Assembly: GCA_016219015.1 (NCBI GenBank) | Contig: JACRCL010000027.1 | Span: 721-64,720 of the forward strand | DNA from: Deltaproteobacteria bacterium | GTDB lineage: Bacteria > Desulfobacterota > GWC2-55-46 | Length of the DNA: 64,000 nucleotides | Reading direction: 5' to 3' | Translations under genes and position numbers: made by a program | In this document: positions 52,756 to 60,584 of the stretch, piece by piece | Layout of the letters: every line of letters starts with the position of its first letter | How positions within the stretch are numbered: the first letter of the stretch is position 1 | The notes under the pieces: model-generated | Seen by the model: the letters and a program-made list of their open reading frames with translations, nothing else | Told to the model about the DNA's origin: nothing | The model's database searches: none

Positions 52756-53163
52756 ATGAGGCGAAGGTCTTTATGGGTGTTGAGCGCGGTCTTCTTCTGG
52801 GTCTTTCTCGTGGGCATGGGCAAGGCGCCGAGCCCGGAGGTCCCGATGCCGGAGATAGATTTCAAGGCGACCGTCAGGGACGACCAGGACGTGGCCACAA
52901 AAGTTTCCCACTCGAGTTGGGACGGGAATATCTTCATAACCGGTACCCGCGGCAAAGGCACCGTGACTATCTCCTTCGAGAAGATAAGAAAGATTGCGGC
53001 AGTGGGCACCGGGAGCGGTAACAGGAGCGATTTTCAGGTGACATTGAAGAACGGGGACGTGGTTGCGGTAAGCCTCGATAACGACGCGAAGTTCCTCGGC
53101 TCCACGAACTTCGGCACGTACAGGATTGTATCAAAGAACATAAAAGAGATAACGTTCGAGTAA
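52756..53163 (+). CDS. hypothetical secreted/membrane-anchored protein (135 aa)
   Basis: A GGAGG SD lies 6 nt upstream of the ATG at 52756. N-terminal MRRRSLWVLSAVFFWVFLVGMG signal/anchor. No family recognised. Confidence 0.65.
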   Translation: MRRRSLWVLSAVFFWVFLVGMGKAPSPEVPMPEIDFKATVRDDQDVATKVSHSSWDGNIFITGTRGKGTVTISFEKIRKIAAVGTGSGNRSDFQVTLKNGDVVAVSLDNDAKFLGSTNFGTYRIVSKNIKEITFE

Positions 53164-53170
53164 GATATAT

Positions 53171-53202
53171 GCGCCCTGAAGGGTTTAAACCCTTCAGGGC
53201 GC
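53171..53202. terminator. hairpin between convergent genes (possible bidirectional terminator)
   Basis: GCGCCCTGAAGGGTTTAAACCCTTCAGGGCGC is a perfect 32-nt palindrome, but no strong T-run follows on either side. Confidence 0.5.
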
Positions 53203-53234
53203 ACTTAAAACCAGACTTTTTTACCCCGCCCCTT

Positions 53235-53657
53235 CTACCCCAGCGCGGCGAGCAGGTTCTTGAAATGTATCGCCGTGGCCGTGTCCCCGGTTATCTCAAG
53301 CCTCCTTGAGAAAAATACCGTATCCGGGTCCTCTTTCCCGGTAAGCACGTCCACGAGCACGCTCACGTCCCCCCTCATCTCCACGTCGGGCTGCCTCCTC
53401 ATGTGCGGGATGACCTTTATCTCCTTATCCTTGATATGGAGGTAGAAGGACTTCTTTATATCCCGCGCCTCGAAGAGGAATACCTTGTCGTCTACCTCGC
53501 CGAGCTTATCCCTGAAGCCGGGGTTCTTGTCGAGGATCGACGAGATGAACACGCCCACCCCTATCGCCTCCATCCAGAGCGGCATGGCCTTAAGGGGGAG
53601 GTTCATCGACTTGAAGAACCTGTCTTTCAGCTTTTTCCTTATCTCTTCGTTTTCCAT
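53235..53657 (-). CDS. SCP2 sterol-binding-domain protein (UbiT/UbiJ-like lipid carrier)
   Basis: 140 aa with F.F...D....F.L......I.........DV...GD...L..VL.G...P...F...RL.I.GD...A..F..L, an SCP2 pattern. Translationally adjacent to ubiE. Confidence 0.8.
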   Translation of the reverse strand: MENEEIRKKLKDRFFKSMNLPLKAMPLWMEAIGVGVFISSILDKNPGFRDKLGEVDDKVFLFEARDIKKSFYLHIKDKEIKVIPHMRRQPDVEMRGDVSVLVDVLTGKEDPDTVFFSRRLEITGDTATAIHFKNLLAALG

Positions 53658-53659
53658 GG

Positions 53660-54406
53660 TTACACCTTGAAACCCATGTGGATGGCGGCTATGCCGTTAA
53701 AGAGGTTGGAGTACCTGACCTTGTAGAGGCCCGCGCCCTCCATTATCTTCTTAAGCTCCTCCTGCGGGGGGAACTTCCTTATCGATTCGGGCAGGTACTC
53801 GTAGGCGCTCCTGTTGCCCGTGACCATCTCGCCGACCTTCGGTATTATGGTGAAGGAATATATGTCATAGAGCTTCTTGAACAACGGGCTCTGCGTATGG
53901 GAGAACTCAAGGCATATTACGCGTCCGCCGGGCTTTACGACCCGAGCCATCTCGGAAAACGCCCTGTCGAGATGGGTGACGTTACGGATGCCGAAACCCA
54001 CTGTGGCGCAGTGGAAGGTGTTGTCCTCAAAGGGTATCTCCTCGGCGTTGCCCTGCGTGAAGCGGATATTCTTTAGAAAGCCGCGGTCTATGCATTTCTC
54101 CCTGCCGACCTTGAGCATCTCCCTGTTTATGTCGAATACGACGACATTGCCTGTCTCGCCGACCCTCTCCGCCATAAGGAGCGATATGTCGGCAGTGCCT
54201 CCGGCCACGTCGAGCGCGGATTCGCCGGGCTTGAGAGCTGTCTCGGAGGCGACGAGCCTCTTCCAGATGCGGTGGGTCCCGAGGCTCATGAGGTCATTCA
54301 TCAGGTCGTACTTCGGGGCGACCGAATCGAAGACCTCGTTGACCCTGTCCTGCCTCTCGTCCTCCGGCACCAGCTTATTGCCGAAATATGTCAGCTTTTC
54401 AGTCAT
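53660..54406 (-). CDS. ubiE: demethylmenaquinone/ubiquinone C-methyltransferase
   Basis: VNEVFDSVAPKYDLMNDLMSLGTHRIWKR...LDVAGGTADI...FGIRNVT...GGRVICLEFS. Confidence 0.93.
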   Translation of the reverse strand: MTEKLTYFGNKLVPEDERQDRVNEVFDSVAPKYDLMNDLMSLGTHRIWKRLVASETALKPGESALDVAGGTADISLLMAERVGETGNVVVFDINREMLKVGREKCIDRGFLKNIRFTQGNAEEIPFEDNTFHCATVGFGIRNVTHLDRAFSEMARVVKPGGRVICLEFSHTQSPLFKKLYDIYSFTIIPKVGEMVTGNRSAYEYLPESIRKFPPQEELKKIMEGAGLYKVRYSNLFNGIAAIHMGFKV

Positions 54407-54507
54407 ATTTTTCCTCTAAAAAAGTATCTGCCTGTCATTTTTTATCTTAAAAATCAAATAGTTACAGCAAAACCGCTCCTCTAATACTCCCTTAACCTTC
54501 CCCCTAT

Positions 54508-54513
54508 TATAAT
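54508..54513 (+). promoter_or_regulatory. candidate -10 box (TATAAT) upstream of the 30-aa ORF
   Basis: Perfect TATAAT about 48 nt upstream of the ATG at 54561. No convincing -35. Confidence 0.3.
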
Positions 54514-54560
54514 GGAGCCGTAACGATGAGGTAAATAAAAAAACAGGAAAGGAGAAATAA

Positions 54561-54653
54561 GATGACCACAGTAAAGTCGATATTCGAGGTAATAGCTTCG
54601 GTCGCGGTAATCGCCATAATGGTATCAGTGAGCGGCGTAAGCTTCATCATGTA
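54561..54653 (+). CDS. unannotated 30-aa hydrophobic small protein
   Basis: ATG preceded by AGGAAAGGAG (SD about 8 nt upstream). MTTVKSIFEVIASVAVIAIMVSVSGVSFIM* forms a single TM helix. Followed by a 12-bp-stem hairpin at 54658-54688. Below the ORF-track size cutoff. Confidence 0.5.
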
Positions 54654-54693
54654 AAAAGGGCATGGCCCCCGGAAAGGGGGTCATGCCTCCGCG

Positions 54694-55134
54694 TCAATCG
54701 CAGCAGTCCCAGTCAAACGCCTCGTAAAGCCCGTCGTCCCTTCTCTTCTGGGCGGTCTTGCTCCTGTAGCTCCCCTTCCTTACCTTCAGCCCCTTGCGCT
54801 TCAAAATCTTCTCGATGTAATCGAGGTGCGGGCAGGGCGGGTAATGTCCGTTATCCGTGACCATGCAGGAGGCGAGGTGTACTACTATCTCGTCCTTTTC
54901 TATGCCCGCCTTCTTTTTGGCCCTTCTTATGAGGTTGGCCGTTGTCCTCGAAATCCTCCTGCCGGGACAGCCCCCGCAGTTGAAGGGCACGGCCATTATC
55001 CCCTCTTTGCCCTCGTAGGCCGTAAACCCGTCTATCCTGTTGGTAAAAGAGTTGACGCAGCCGAACCCGCTGCACCTCTCCTTGGCGAAGTCGCACTGGA
55101 TTATGGCGATGAGCCTTACCGGTTTCTCTTCCAT
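54694..55134 (-). CDS. CGGC-domain protein
   Basis: 146 aa with the FNCGGCPGRR motif plus further Cys (C14, C21, C26, CMVTDNGHYPPCPH, C-terminal CC). Matches the CGGC domain family of unknown function. Confidence 0.82.
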   Translation of the reverse strand: MEEKPVRLIAIIQCDFAKERCSGFGCVNSFTNRIDGFTAYEGKEGIMAVPFNCGGCPGRRISRTTANLIRRAKKKAGIEKDEIVVHLASCMVTDNGHYPPCPHLDYIEKILKRKGLKVRKGSYRSKTAQKRRDDGLYEAFDWDCCD

Positions 55135-55145
55135 GGAAACAATCC

Positions 55146-56807
55146 CTAACCCTTTTTCGAAAAGAGCCTGTACCCCATGACTATCGCCGCGACGAAGCCT
55201 ATGTCGCTCAGTACCGGGAGCCCGAAAAGCGTCGTTGTCCCCTCGCCCGCGAATACGGCTATAAAAGAGGCGGCTATTATGAGGGACGCCACGATCAGCC
55301 CCCCGCCTATCCTCTTGCCGGCTGCCTCCAGCTCGTCCGTGACGGCTTCGAGCCTGTGGTGGACAAAGCCTATCTTAAGCTCCTCTTTCAAGGCCCTCTT
55401 TACAAGGGTGTTCATGCCCACGGGCAGCTCCAGGGCCGCGCCCACAAGCTCCCCGGCGTGCTCCCTGCCGTCTTCGAGGAGCGTTTTGAGGGAGAACTTC
55501 TCCTTTGCCATCCACTTGTAGATAAGGGGCCTGGCTACCTCCCACATGTTGACGTCGGGGTAGAGCTGCCTGCCCACGCCCTCTATTATGACCATCGACT
55601 TCTGGAGGAGCAGGAGGTTCGGCTGGAGCGTCATGTTGAACCGCCGCGCGGTCTGTATGAGCTTCATAAGGAGGCTTGAGATGTTTATCTGCTCGAGGGT
55701 CCTGCCGAATATCGGCTCTGAAATGTCACGGAGCGCCTGTTCGAACTCGTGGAGGCTTGTATCCGTGCCTATCAGGCCCATGTCCCTGTGTACGGCGGCC
55801 ATGCGCCTGTAGTCGCCCCTTATGAGGTAGAAGAGCATCGAGGCGAGGTACTTGCGGAGATCATGGTCGAGCGTGCCGATAATGCCGAAGTCCAGGTATA
55901 TGATGACCCCGTCGTCCCTCACGAAGATGTTGCCCGGATGGAGGTCGGCGTGGAAGACCCCGTGCTCGAAGACCTGCTTGAAGAAGAGCTCTATGCCCCT
56001 TATGGCCACGGGCTTTATGTCGATCCCCTTGCCCTTCAGTGTCTCAATCTCGTCTATCGGAGTGCCGCTTATCCTCTCCATGGTGAGGACGTCTTCGGTG
56101 GTGTAGTCCCAGTAGACCTTCGGTATCTGCACCGTCGGGTCGCCCTTGAACATAGTATTGAAGCGGTTGAGGTTTACGCCCTCGACGGACAGGTCCTGCT
56201 CGTTCTTTATTACCCTCTCGAACTCGCGCACCACTTCCCTCGGGCGGTACCTCCGCCAGGCCGGGACGTACCTGTCGATGAGCCCTGCGACCGTCTCCAT
56301 GACAGAGATGTCGGACTCTATTATTTTGGATATCCCCGGCCTCTTTACCTTGACCGCGACCTTCGTGCCGTCAAGGAGCTCCGCGTAGTGCACCTGCGCG
56401 ATAGAGGCCGAGGCCACGGGCTGCGGGGAGAAGCTTGCGAACTTCGCCGAGATGGGGGCCTTCAAAGAGCCCTCGACGGCCTTCCTGACCTCGTCGAAGG
56501 CCACGGGCGGGACCATGTCCTGCAATTTCTTGAACTCGTCAACCCAGTCGGGCGGCAGGAGGTCGGCCCGAGTGGAGGCTATCTGGCCGAGCTTGATGAA
56601 GGTCGGCCCGAGCTCTTCGAGCACGAGCCTTATCCGCTCCGGCACGCTCCGGTCGAGGTTCTTCTTCGAGACGAAAAGCCTCTCGACCCTTGAAAATACC
56701 GGGGGGAGGATACGCAGCTCGGAGACGATGCCGCCGAACCCGTACCTTATGAGCGTGACCACGATACGGTTCAGGCGGCGGATGTTTTTAAATGTCTGAT
56801 TGCCCAT
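55146..56807 (-). CDS. ubiB: ABC1/UbiB-family atypical kinase
   Basis: LGPTFIKLGQIASTRADLLP...ASIAQVHYA...VAVKVKRPG...FHADLHPGNIFV...LDFGI, with two C-terminal TM segments. Confidence 0.93.
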   Translation of the reverse strand: MGNQTFKNIRRLNRIVVTLIRYGFGGIVSELRILPPVFSRVERLFVSKKNLDRSVPERIRLVLEELGPTFIKLGQIASTRADLLPPDWVDEFKKLQDMVPPVAFDEVRKAVEGSLKAPISAKFASFSPQPVASASIAQVHYAELLDGTKVAVKVKRPGISKIIESDISVMETVAGLIDRYVPAWRRYRPREVVREFERVIKNEQDLSVEGVNLNRFNTMFKGDPTVQIPKVYWDYTTEDVLTMERISGTPIDEIETLKGKGIDIKPVAIRGIELFFKQVFEHGVFHADLHPGNIFVRDDGVIIYLDFGIIGTLDHDLRKYLASMLFYLIRGDYRRMAAVHRDMGLIGTDTSLHEFEQALRDISEPIFGRTLEQINISSLLMKLIQTARRFNMTLQPNLLLLQKSMVIIEGVGRQLYPDVNMWEVARPLIYKWMAKEKFSLKTLLEDGREHAGELVGAALELPVGMNTLVKRALKEELKIGFVHHRLEAVTDELEAAGKRIGGGLIVASLIIAASFIAVFAGEGTTTLFGLPVLSDIGFVAAIVMGYRLFSKKG

Positions 56808-56824
56808 AGAAGGGGGGAGGTGCC

Positions 56825-57220
56825 TTACGTATTTCCGAGCCGGGCCTCGAGCTCTGCCACTCTCTTTTCCAGCCTGTCCACCTTTTCCCTCGCGATGCGG
56901 GCCATCTCCTTGATGACGTCGATATCGTTCTGGGTTGCGACGTTCAATCTCTCAAACACCTTTTCGGACGAGGACGAGAACTCCTTGTCGAGCCTCTCCT
57001 TGCCGGTCTTTACGACCGCGAGGAACTCGCGTAGCGCCCTTATGCCCTCTTCCACTATCTTGTTCTCGGCCGCCTCCTTTGGCGGCAACCCGCCTTCGGT
57101 TGCCCCTGCGGAAGCCTCAGCGCCGGATTTTCCGGCCTGCTGTAGCTCGTCCAAAACCTCTTTAGCCTTTTTCTCAAGGCCTATGCCAATGAGTATAGCT
57201 TTGTCGAGTATGTCAGCCAC
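56825..57220 (-). CDS. coiled-coil protein, UbiK(YqiC/BMFP)-like or phasin(COG3937)-like
   Basis: An AAGGAGG SD lies 6 nt upstream of the GTG at 57220; the track's N-terminal extension is repeat-derived. The C-terminal LNVATQNDIDVIKEMARIAREKVDRLEKRVAELEARL resembles the UbiK C-terminal helix as I recall it. Confidence 0.7.
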   Translation of the reverse strand: MADILDKAILIGIGLEKKAKEVLDELQQAGKSGAEASAGATEGGLPPKEAAENKIVEEGIRALREFLAVVKTGKERLDKEFSSSSEKVFERLNVATQNDIDVIKEMARIAREKVDRLEKRVAELEARLGNT

Positions 57221-57236
57221 AAAACGCCTCCTTTTT

Positions 57237-57280
57237 AGCAGACTGCTGAAAAAGTCCATCTGGAGCTTTTTGAGCAGCCT
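57237..57280. repeat. family C minimal element (both termini, no centre)
   Basis: AGCAGACTGCTGAAAAAGTCCATCTGGAGCTTTTTGAGCAGCCT. Confidence 0.7.
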
Positions 57281-57296
57281 AAACTTTCAGCTACAA

Positions 57297-58187
57297 TTAC
57301 GCCCCTATCCTTGCCAGATAATCCTTGCCCGCGCCCCCGAGGTACCAGCCGTTGCAGAGCTCCCCGCCGAGCGCCTTCAACTCCGAAAGCCCTTCCCCTG
57401 CTTCCATCGCCCCGGTTATCCTTTTCCTGAAAACATCGACGACCTTCGACGTATCCTTATGCTGCGGGGATACCCTCAGGGCCTTTACGCCGATGTCCTT
57501 CATCTCCTCGACGAACTCGACGAGCGTATAGGACGCGGCGCTCAATACGGAAGTGCCGTTGACTGTAAACAGCCGGGCGTTGTCTGCTGTCCTCAACTCC
57601 ATCCCGTCCGGGTATTTGGCGCAGTGGTGGCGGCACTCGGTCTTGGTAAGGCCGTACGCCCTTGAGGTGTAGCACCTCCACGAGAACGCGAGAGGGACCT
57701 TGCCGTGGGCAAAGACCTCGCCGGATATGCCGGTGGCTTGCAGATTTACGGCAATCGATTCCTTCGACAGCTCCACCGGGAAAGTGACCCTCTTTACGCC
57801 GATGGATTCGAGGAACTCGACGGTCGGGAGGTTGTACGAGGTTATGTGAGGGCCCGCGAAGACCTCCCGCTTTGCGGGGTCGGCCATGTTGAATACCGAT
57901 ACGTCGTTGGCCTCTATCGGGTTAGGGAAGGAAAGGAGCCTGCGGGTGAAGTCAAGCTCCTCCTCATTCGATACGATGGCGAGGCTTGAAAGAGCGACCT
58001 TTTTCCCGCCTTTCTCAAGGGTGGTGATTATCCTTTCGAGGTCGCTGGAGTTCAGGCCGAGCTTTTTCGTGCAGACGACCTCCCCGACATAGACCATATC
58101 GAGGTCCATGTCCGCGGCCTCCTCGTAAAACCTTAATATCTCCTCCCTTTTCCACTCGAAAAGGACGGGCCCAAGGGTCAATTCCAT
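57297..58187 (-). CDS. ubiV: U32-family protein, UbiV-like (O2-independent quinone hydroxylation subunit candidate)
   Basis: 296 aa with MELTLGPVLFEW...FYEEAA...MVYVGEVVC(39)TKK and C172-X12-C185-X3-C189. This is the same four-Cys spacing as the E. coli UbiV 4Fe-4S ligands (C39, C180, C193, C197). Confidence 0.8.
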   Translation of the reverse strand: MELTLGPVLFEWKREEILRFYEEAADMDLDMVYVGEVVCTKKLGLNSSDLERIITTLEKGGKKVALSSLAIVSNEEELDFTRRLLSFPNPIEANDVSVFNMADPAKREVFAGPHITSYNLPTVEFLESIGVKRVTFPVELSKESIAVNLQATGISGEVFAHGKVPLAFSWRCYTSRAYGLTKTECRHHCAKYPDGMELRTADNARLFTVNGTSVLSAASYTLVEFVEEMKDIGVKALRVSPQHKDTSKVVDVFRKRITGAMEAGEGLSELKALGGELCNGWYLGGAGKDYLARIGA

Positions 58188-58211
58188 CGCATAATCCCGC
58201 TATTTTATTAC

Positions 58212-58355
58212 AGGGTGTTTGAAAACACCCTGTAATGCAATCCATGGATGGATTGCCAAATTGCGAGACTTGAAAAGTCGAGCAATTTGTGAGGTTTGAC
58301 CGAATTTATTTCGGTCAAACCGTAGTTGAAAAAGCCATGGATGGACTTTTTCAAC
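58212..58355 (-). repeat. family D multi-hairpin element, copy 2 (inverted orientation)
   Basis: Reverse complement of copy 1, roughly 90 percent identical by eye. Lies between the ubiV-like start and the truA stop. Confidence 0.88.
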
Positions 58356-58450
58356 ATTTAGGTAGACATAAAGTATGCTACAGAGGATAGGGAAAAACAA
58401 GTCTATTTTTTGCGGGTGAACGGGGGGGGGAATAACGGAAGAGAGGATTA

Positions 58451-58490
58451 CACAGGGCCTTTTTGCGCGGCCGCGCAAAAAGGCCCTGTG
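58451..58490. repeat. perfect 40-bp palindrome (possible truA terminator)
   Basis: CACAGGGCCTTTTTGCGCGG|CCGCGCAAAAAGGCCCTGTG with a GCGGCCGC centre, 28 nt downstream of the truA stop. Confidence 0.8.
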
Positions 58491-58517
58491 TATAAAGACA
58501 TTTATTGCGTTCTTGCG

Positions 58518-59255
58518 CTAATATTCTACTTTTATAAGGAAAAGCCCCTGCGGAGGGGCTGTCATCGAGGCGGCTGCCCTGTCCCTCGCCTCGATTATCC
58601 CCGCCACGTCATCTGGCTTGATCTTCCCCTTGCCCACGGCCACGAGCGTGCCTACCATTATCCTTACCATGTGCCTTAAAAAGGCCGTGCCCATCACCTC
58701 TACCTCAATAAGGCCGTCGCCTTTGTCGGAAAGCTCTATTGAGGTCACCTCCCTTATTGAGTGCAGGGCGTCCGAATCAGCGGCCCTGAAGGAGGTGAAG
58801 TCCTTCTCCCCTATGATGTGGCGCGCCCCCTCTCGCATGAGGCCGATATCGAGCGGCTTGAAGACGAACCAGGAGTGCCTCCGCAGGAGCGCCGACGGGT
58901 AGCTCCTGTTGAGTATCCTGTAGACATAGGTCTTTTTTTTGGAATGTCTGCGGGGGTCGAACTCAAGCGGGACTTCGACGACTTCCTTTATAACTATGTC
59001 GTCCGGCAGGTACGCGTTAAGCCCCTGCATCATGTTGTACGGGGGTATAAGGGACCCGGTCTTGAAGCTCGCCACCTGCCCGTACGCGTGGACCCCGGCG
59101 TCGGTGCGGGAGGCGCCGTTAAGGACAACGTCCTCGCCGGTAAGGCCCTTTATGGCCGCGACGATAGTCCCCTGTATGGTAGGGAGCCCTTCCTGGACCT
59201 GCCAGCCGGCGTACTCCGTGCCTTCGTACTCAACGAGGAGCCTTATATTGCGCAT
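58518..59255 (-). CDS. truA: tRNA pseudouridine(38-40) synthase
   Basis: YEGTEYAGWQVQ...ASRTDAGVHAYGQV (catalytic Asp)...GTAFLRHMVRIMVGTL. Confidence 0.95.
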   Translation of the reverse strand: MRNIRLLVEYEGTEYAGWQVQEGLPTIQGTIVAAIKGLTGEDVVLNGASRTDAGVHAYGQVASFKTGSLIPPYNMMQGLNAYLPDDIVIKEVVEVPLEFDPRRHSKKKTYVYRILNRSYPSALLRRHSWFVFKPLDIGLMREGARHIIGEKDFTSFRAADSDALHSIREVTSIELSDKGDGLIEVEVMGTAFLRHMVRIMVGTLVAVGKGKIKPDDVAGIIEARDRAAASMTAPPQGLFLIKVEY

Positions 59256-59303
59256 AAGTCAAAAAAGGCGGGGTGGAGGCCCCGCCTGTCTTTAAAGAAG
59301 TAG

Positions 59304-59462
59304 CAGGCTGCTGAAAAAGTCAAAATTAAACAGGCTGCTCAAAAAGCTCCAGATGCGAGGCCCCATTGAAATAGGGGAGCGAGGAATGCGACGTACTCTT
59401 TTCGTACGTCGCAGTGAGGAGCGACGAAGACAACGAAGCAGATGGACTTTTTGAGCAACCTG
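59304..59462. repeat. family C element, copy 5, with an extra duplicated left terminus
   Basis: CAGGCTGCTGAAAAAGTC...CAGGCTGCTCAAAAAGCTCCAGATGCGAGG...GCAGATGGACTTTTTGAGCAACCTG. Abuts the asd stop codon. Confidence 0.9.
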
Positions 59463-60485
59463 TTAGATGTAATCCTTTATAAGTACCTCGGCTATCTGCA
59501 CGGCGTTCAGGGCCGCTCCCTTCCTGAGGTTGTCGGAAACCACCCAGAGGTTGATGCCGTTCTCGACCGATTCGTCCTTCCTGATCCTGCCCACGAAGAC
59601 GTCGTCCTGGCCGGAGGCGTCGGTAGGCATCGGGTAGACACCCTTTTTCGGCTCATCGAGGAGAGTAACGCCGGGCGCCTTCGAGAGGAGCTTCTTGACG
59701 TCCTCGGGCTTGATCGGCTTTTCCGTTTCGATGTTCACAGCCTCCGAATGGCCGATGAAAACGGGCACTCTCACGGCGGTGGCCGTCACTTTTATCGAGT
59801 CGTCCCCGAATATCTTCTTCGTCTCGTTGACCATCTTCATCTCTTCCTTTGTATATCCGTTTTCAAGGAACGAGTCTATCTGCGGGAGGCAGTTGAAGGC
59901 GATCCTGTGCTGGAAGACCTTCGCCTCAGGCTCCTGCATGTTGAAGAGCTTCCTGACCTGGTCCGATAGCTCCTCCATCGCCTCCTTGCCCGCGCCCGAT
60001 ACGGACTGGTATGTCGATACCACTATCCTCTTTATCCTGTATTTGTCGTGTATGGGCTTCAATGCCACCACCAGCTGGATGGTCGAGCAGTTCGGGTTGG
60101 CGATTATGTTCTTGGTCCTGTACTGCGCTATTGCACCGGGGTTCACCTCCGGGACGACGAGCGGGACATCGGGGTCCATCCTGAACTGGCTCGTGTTATC
60201 GACCACTATGCACCCGGCCTTGCCGGCCTTGGGCGCGTAGACCGCGCTGACGCTCGCGCCGGGGGAGAAGAGGCCGATATCAATGCCTTCGAAGGTCTCT
60301 TCGTTGAGGAGCCTTACGGGCTCGTCCTTTCCCTTGAACTCGAGAGTGCTTCCCGCGCTCCGCTCCGAGGCCAGGAGCCTTATTTCACCTACGGGGAAGT
60401 TCCTTTCCTCGAGTATCTTCAAGAACTCTTTTCCGACCACGCCGGTAGCCCCGGCTATGGCGATATTGTATTTCTTTTTCTTCAC
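59463..60485 (-). CDS. asd: aspartate-semialdehyde dehydrogenase
   Basis: IAIAGATGVVGKEF...NPNCSTIQLVVAL (active-site Cys)...STYQSVSGAGK...VRVPVFIGHS. Confidence 0.96.
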   Translation of the reverse strand: MKKKKYNIAIAGATGVVGKEFLKILEERNFPVGEIRLLASERSAGSTLEFKGKDEPVRLLNEETFEGIDIGLFSPGASVSAVYAPKAGKAGCIVVDNTSQFRMDPDVPLVVPEVNPGAIAQYRTKNIIANPNCSTIQLVVALKPIHDKYRIKRIVVSTYQSVSGAGKEAMEELSDQVRKLFNMQEPEAKVFQHRIAFNCLPQIDSFLENGYTKEEMKMVNETKKIFGDDSIKVTATAVRVPVFIGHSEAVNIETEKPIKPEDVKKLLSKAPGVTLLDEPKKGVYPMPTDASGQDDVFVGRIRKDESVENGINLWVVSDNLRKGAALNAVQIAEVLIKDYI

Positions 60486-60584
60486 GGCGTTTCCCTTTAT
60501 TATCTGTAAGATAAGATGCCCATTTAGAATAATAAGACAAAAGCTTCTGCGAAGTCAACTTCTTAGAAATCCCGCCTGAGGGCC

